This document shows, one piece after another, positions 63,146-64,000 of a stretch of DNA of 64,000 nucleotides. The notes below the pieces were generated by a model. It was not told the DNA's origin. It made no database searches and saw only the letters and a list, made by a program, of their open reading frames with translations. Source of the stretch: an uncultured Chthonomonadaceae bacterium (lineage in GTDB: Bacteria > Armatimonadota > Chthonomonadetes > Chthonomonadales > Chthonomonadaceae); the NCBI GenBank assembly GCA_963817895.1, contig CAWFQB010000001.1:1376001-1440000 (forward strand). Reading direction: 5' to 3'. A program made the position numbers and the translations under genes. How positions within the stretch are numbered: the stretch's first letter is position 1; each line of letters starts with the position of its first letter.

Positions 63146-64000
63146 TAAGCCGCTCCCTGTACGCGCACACGCGGGTCAATCAGGCCATACAGCACGTCTA
63201 CGGCCAGATTGACGAGCAGGAAAATGGCGGCGACCAGCAGCGTCATGCCCTGAATCACCGGGTAATCATGCACAATTATGGATTCATACGACGCGCGCCC
63301 GATGCCGGGTACGCGGAAAATGGTTTCCACCACAAACGAGCCGGTCAGCAGAATTCCGAAGTTCGTGCCTAAAATCGTCAGCACGGGCAGAAAAGCATTT
63401 TTCAGGGCGTGTCGACGCACGGCCTGACGCGCGCGATAAGCCTTTGGCAAGGGCGGTACGCATGTAATCCTGCCGCAGCACTTCCAGCAGCGCGCCCCGC
63501 ATGAACCGGGCCACGAGCGCCGCCGAACGCGCGCCGAGCGCGAGTGTCGGTAACAGGGTATCCGTGTAAATCGGCGTGGGAAAGCCCGCCAGAAACACCT
63601 GATTGTTGGGCTGTTTCCAGCCGCTGACCGGCAGAAAATGCAGTTTTACGGCAAAGGCCAGCACGAGCAGTGGCCCCAACACGATGCTCGGAACCGAGAC
63701 AAGCGCGACCACAACCGTCATCGCCGCCCGGTCAAACCAGCGGTTGTGATACAGCGCGGCCAGAATCCCGACCAGCAGGCCCAAACTTGTGGCGAACAGG
63801 AGGGATTGCAGCGCGAGTTGCGCCGTGACGGGAAAATCCTGCCGGATCATTTCCGATACGGGCTGCTGATTGCGATACCGGTACGCCCGCCCGAAATCGC
63901 CATGCAGGACAATCCCCGTCACATAACTGCCGAACTGTACGCCGACAGAGCGATCCAGGCCGTACTCGCGCCGCATCCGCGCTTTGGTTTCCAGCGACGC
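63145..64000 (-). CDS. oppB: Peptide ABC transporter permease (OppB/DppB), 5'-partial, frameshift near 63435
   Basis: QDYMRTALAKGL, RHALKNA, VETIF.VPGIG, DYPVIQG, DPRVR. Confidence 0.9.

Overview
Bacterial chromosomal window, GC-rich overall with several AT-rich patches. The gene content (DUF1592/DUF1552 pair, ECF sigma-WD40 fusion, DUF1080, HAF repeats) resembles Armatimonadota or Planctomycetota; this is an inference only. Housekeeping genes (acnA-LysR, def-fmt, oppBC, two pyrophosphatases, TolC/RND adaptor, tRNA-Gly and tRNA-Cys) alternate with accessory DNA. Top candidates for new biology are: (1) a ~4 kb decayed integrative island (26.6-30.7 kb), bounded by 36-bp hairpin direct repeats, that contains a tRNA-Arg fragment, integrase and excisionase relics and a SLATT / NA37-YejK-like / RelA-SpoT synthetase operon, a candidate alarmone-based defence system; (2) a translationally coupled three-gene operon (20.7-24.5 kb) encoding a putative ART-fold effector, an unknown helical protein and a KGGVGR ParA/MinD-type ATPase-TPR protein; (3) an intron-less I-Ssp6803I-like PD-(D/E)XK endonuclease sitting between a perfect sigma70 promoter and the tRNA-Gly/tRNA-Cys genes. 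Also present are a TnpB-only IS200/IS605 element, an IS701-like element splitting a HAF-repeat gene, a tandem Phd-ParE array, other TA loci, REP-like palindromes, MITEs and short tandem repeats. Many single frameshifts in conserved genes suggest sequencing indels. All protein calls come from motifs read by eye; no searches were run.
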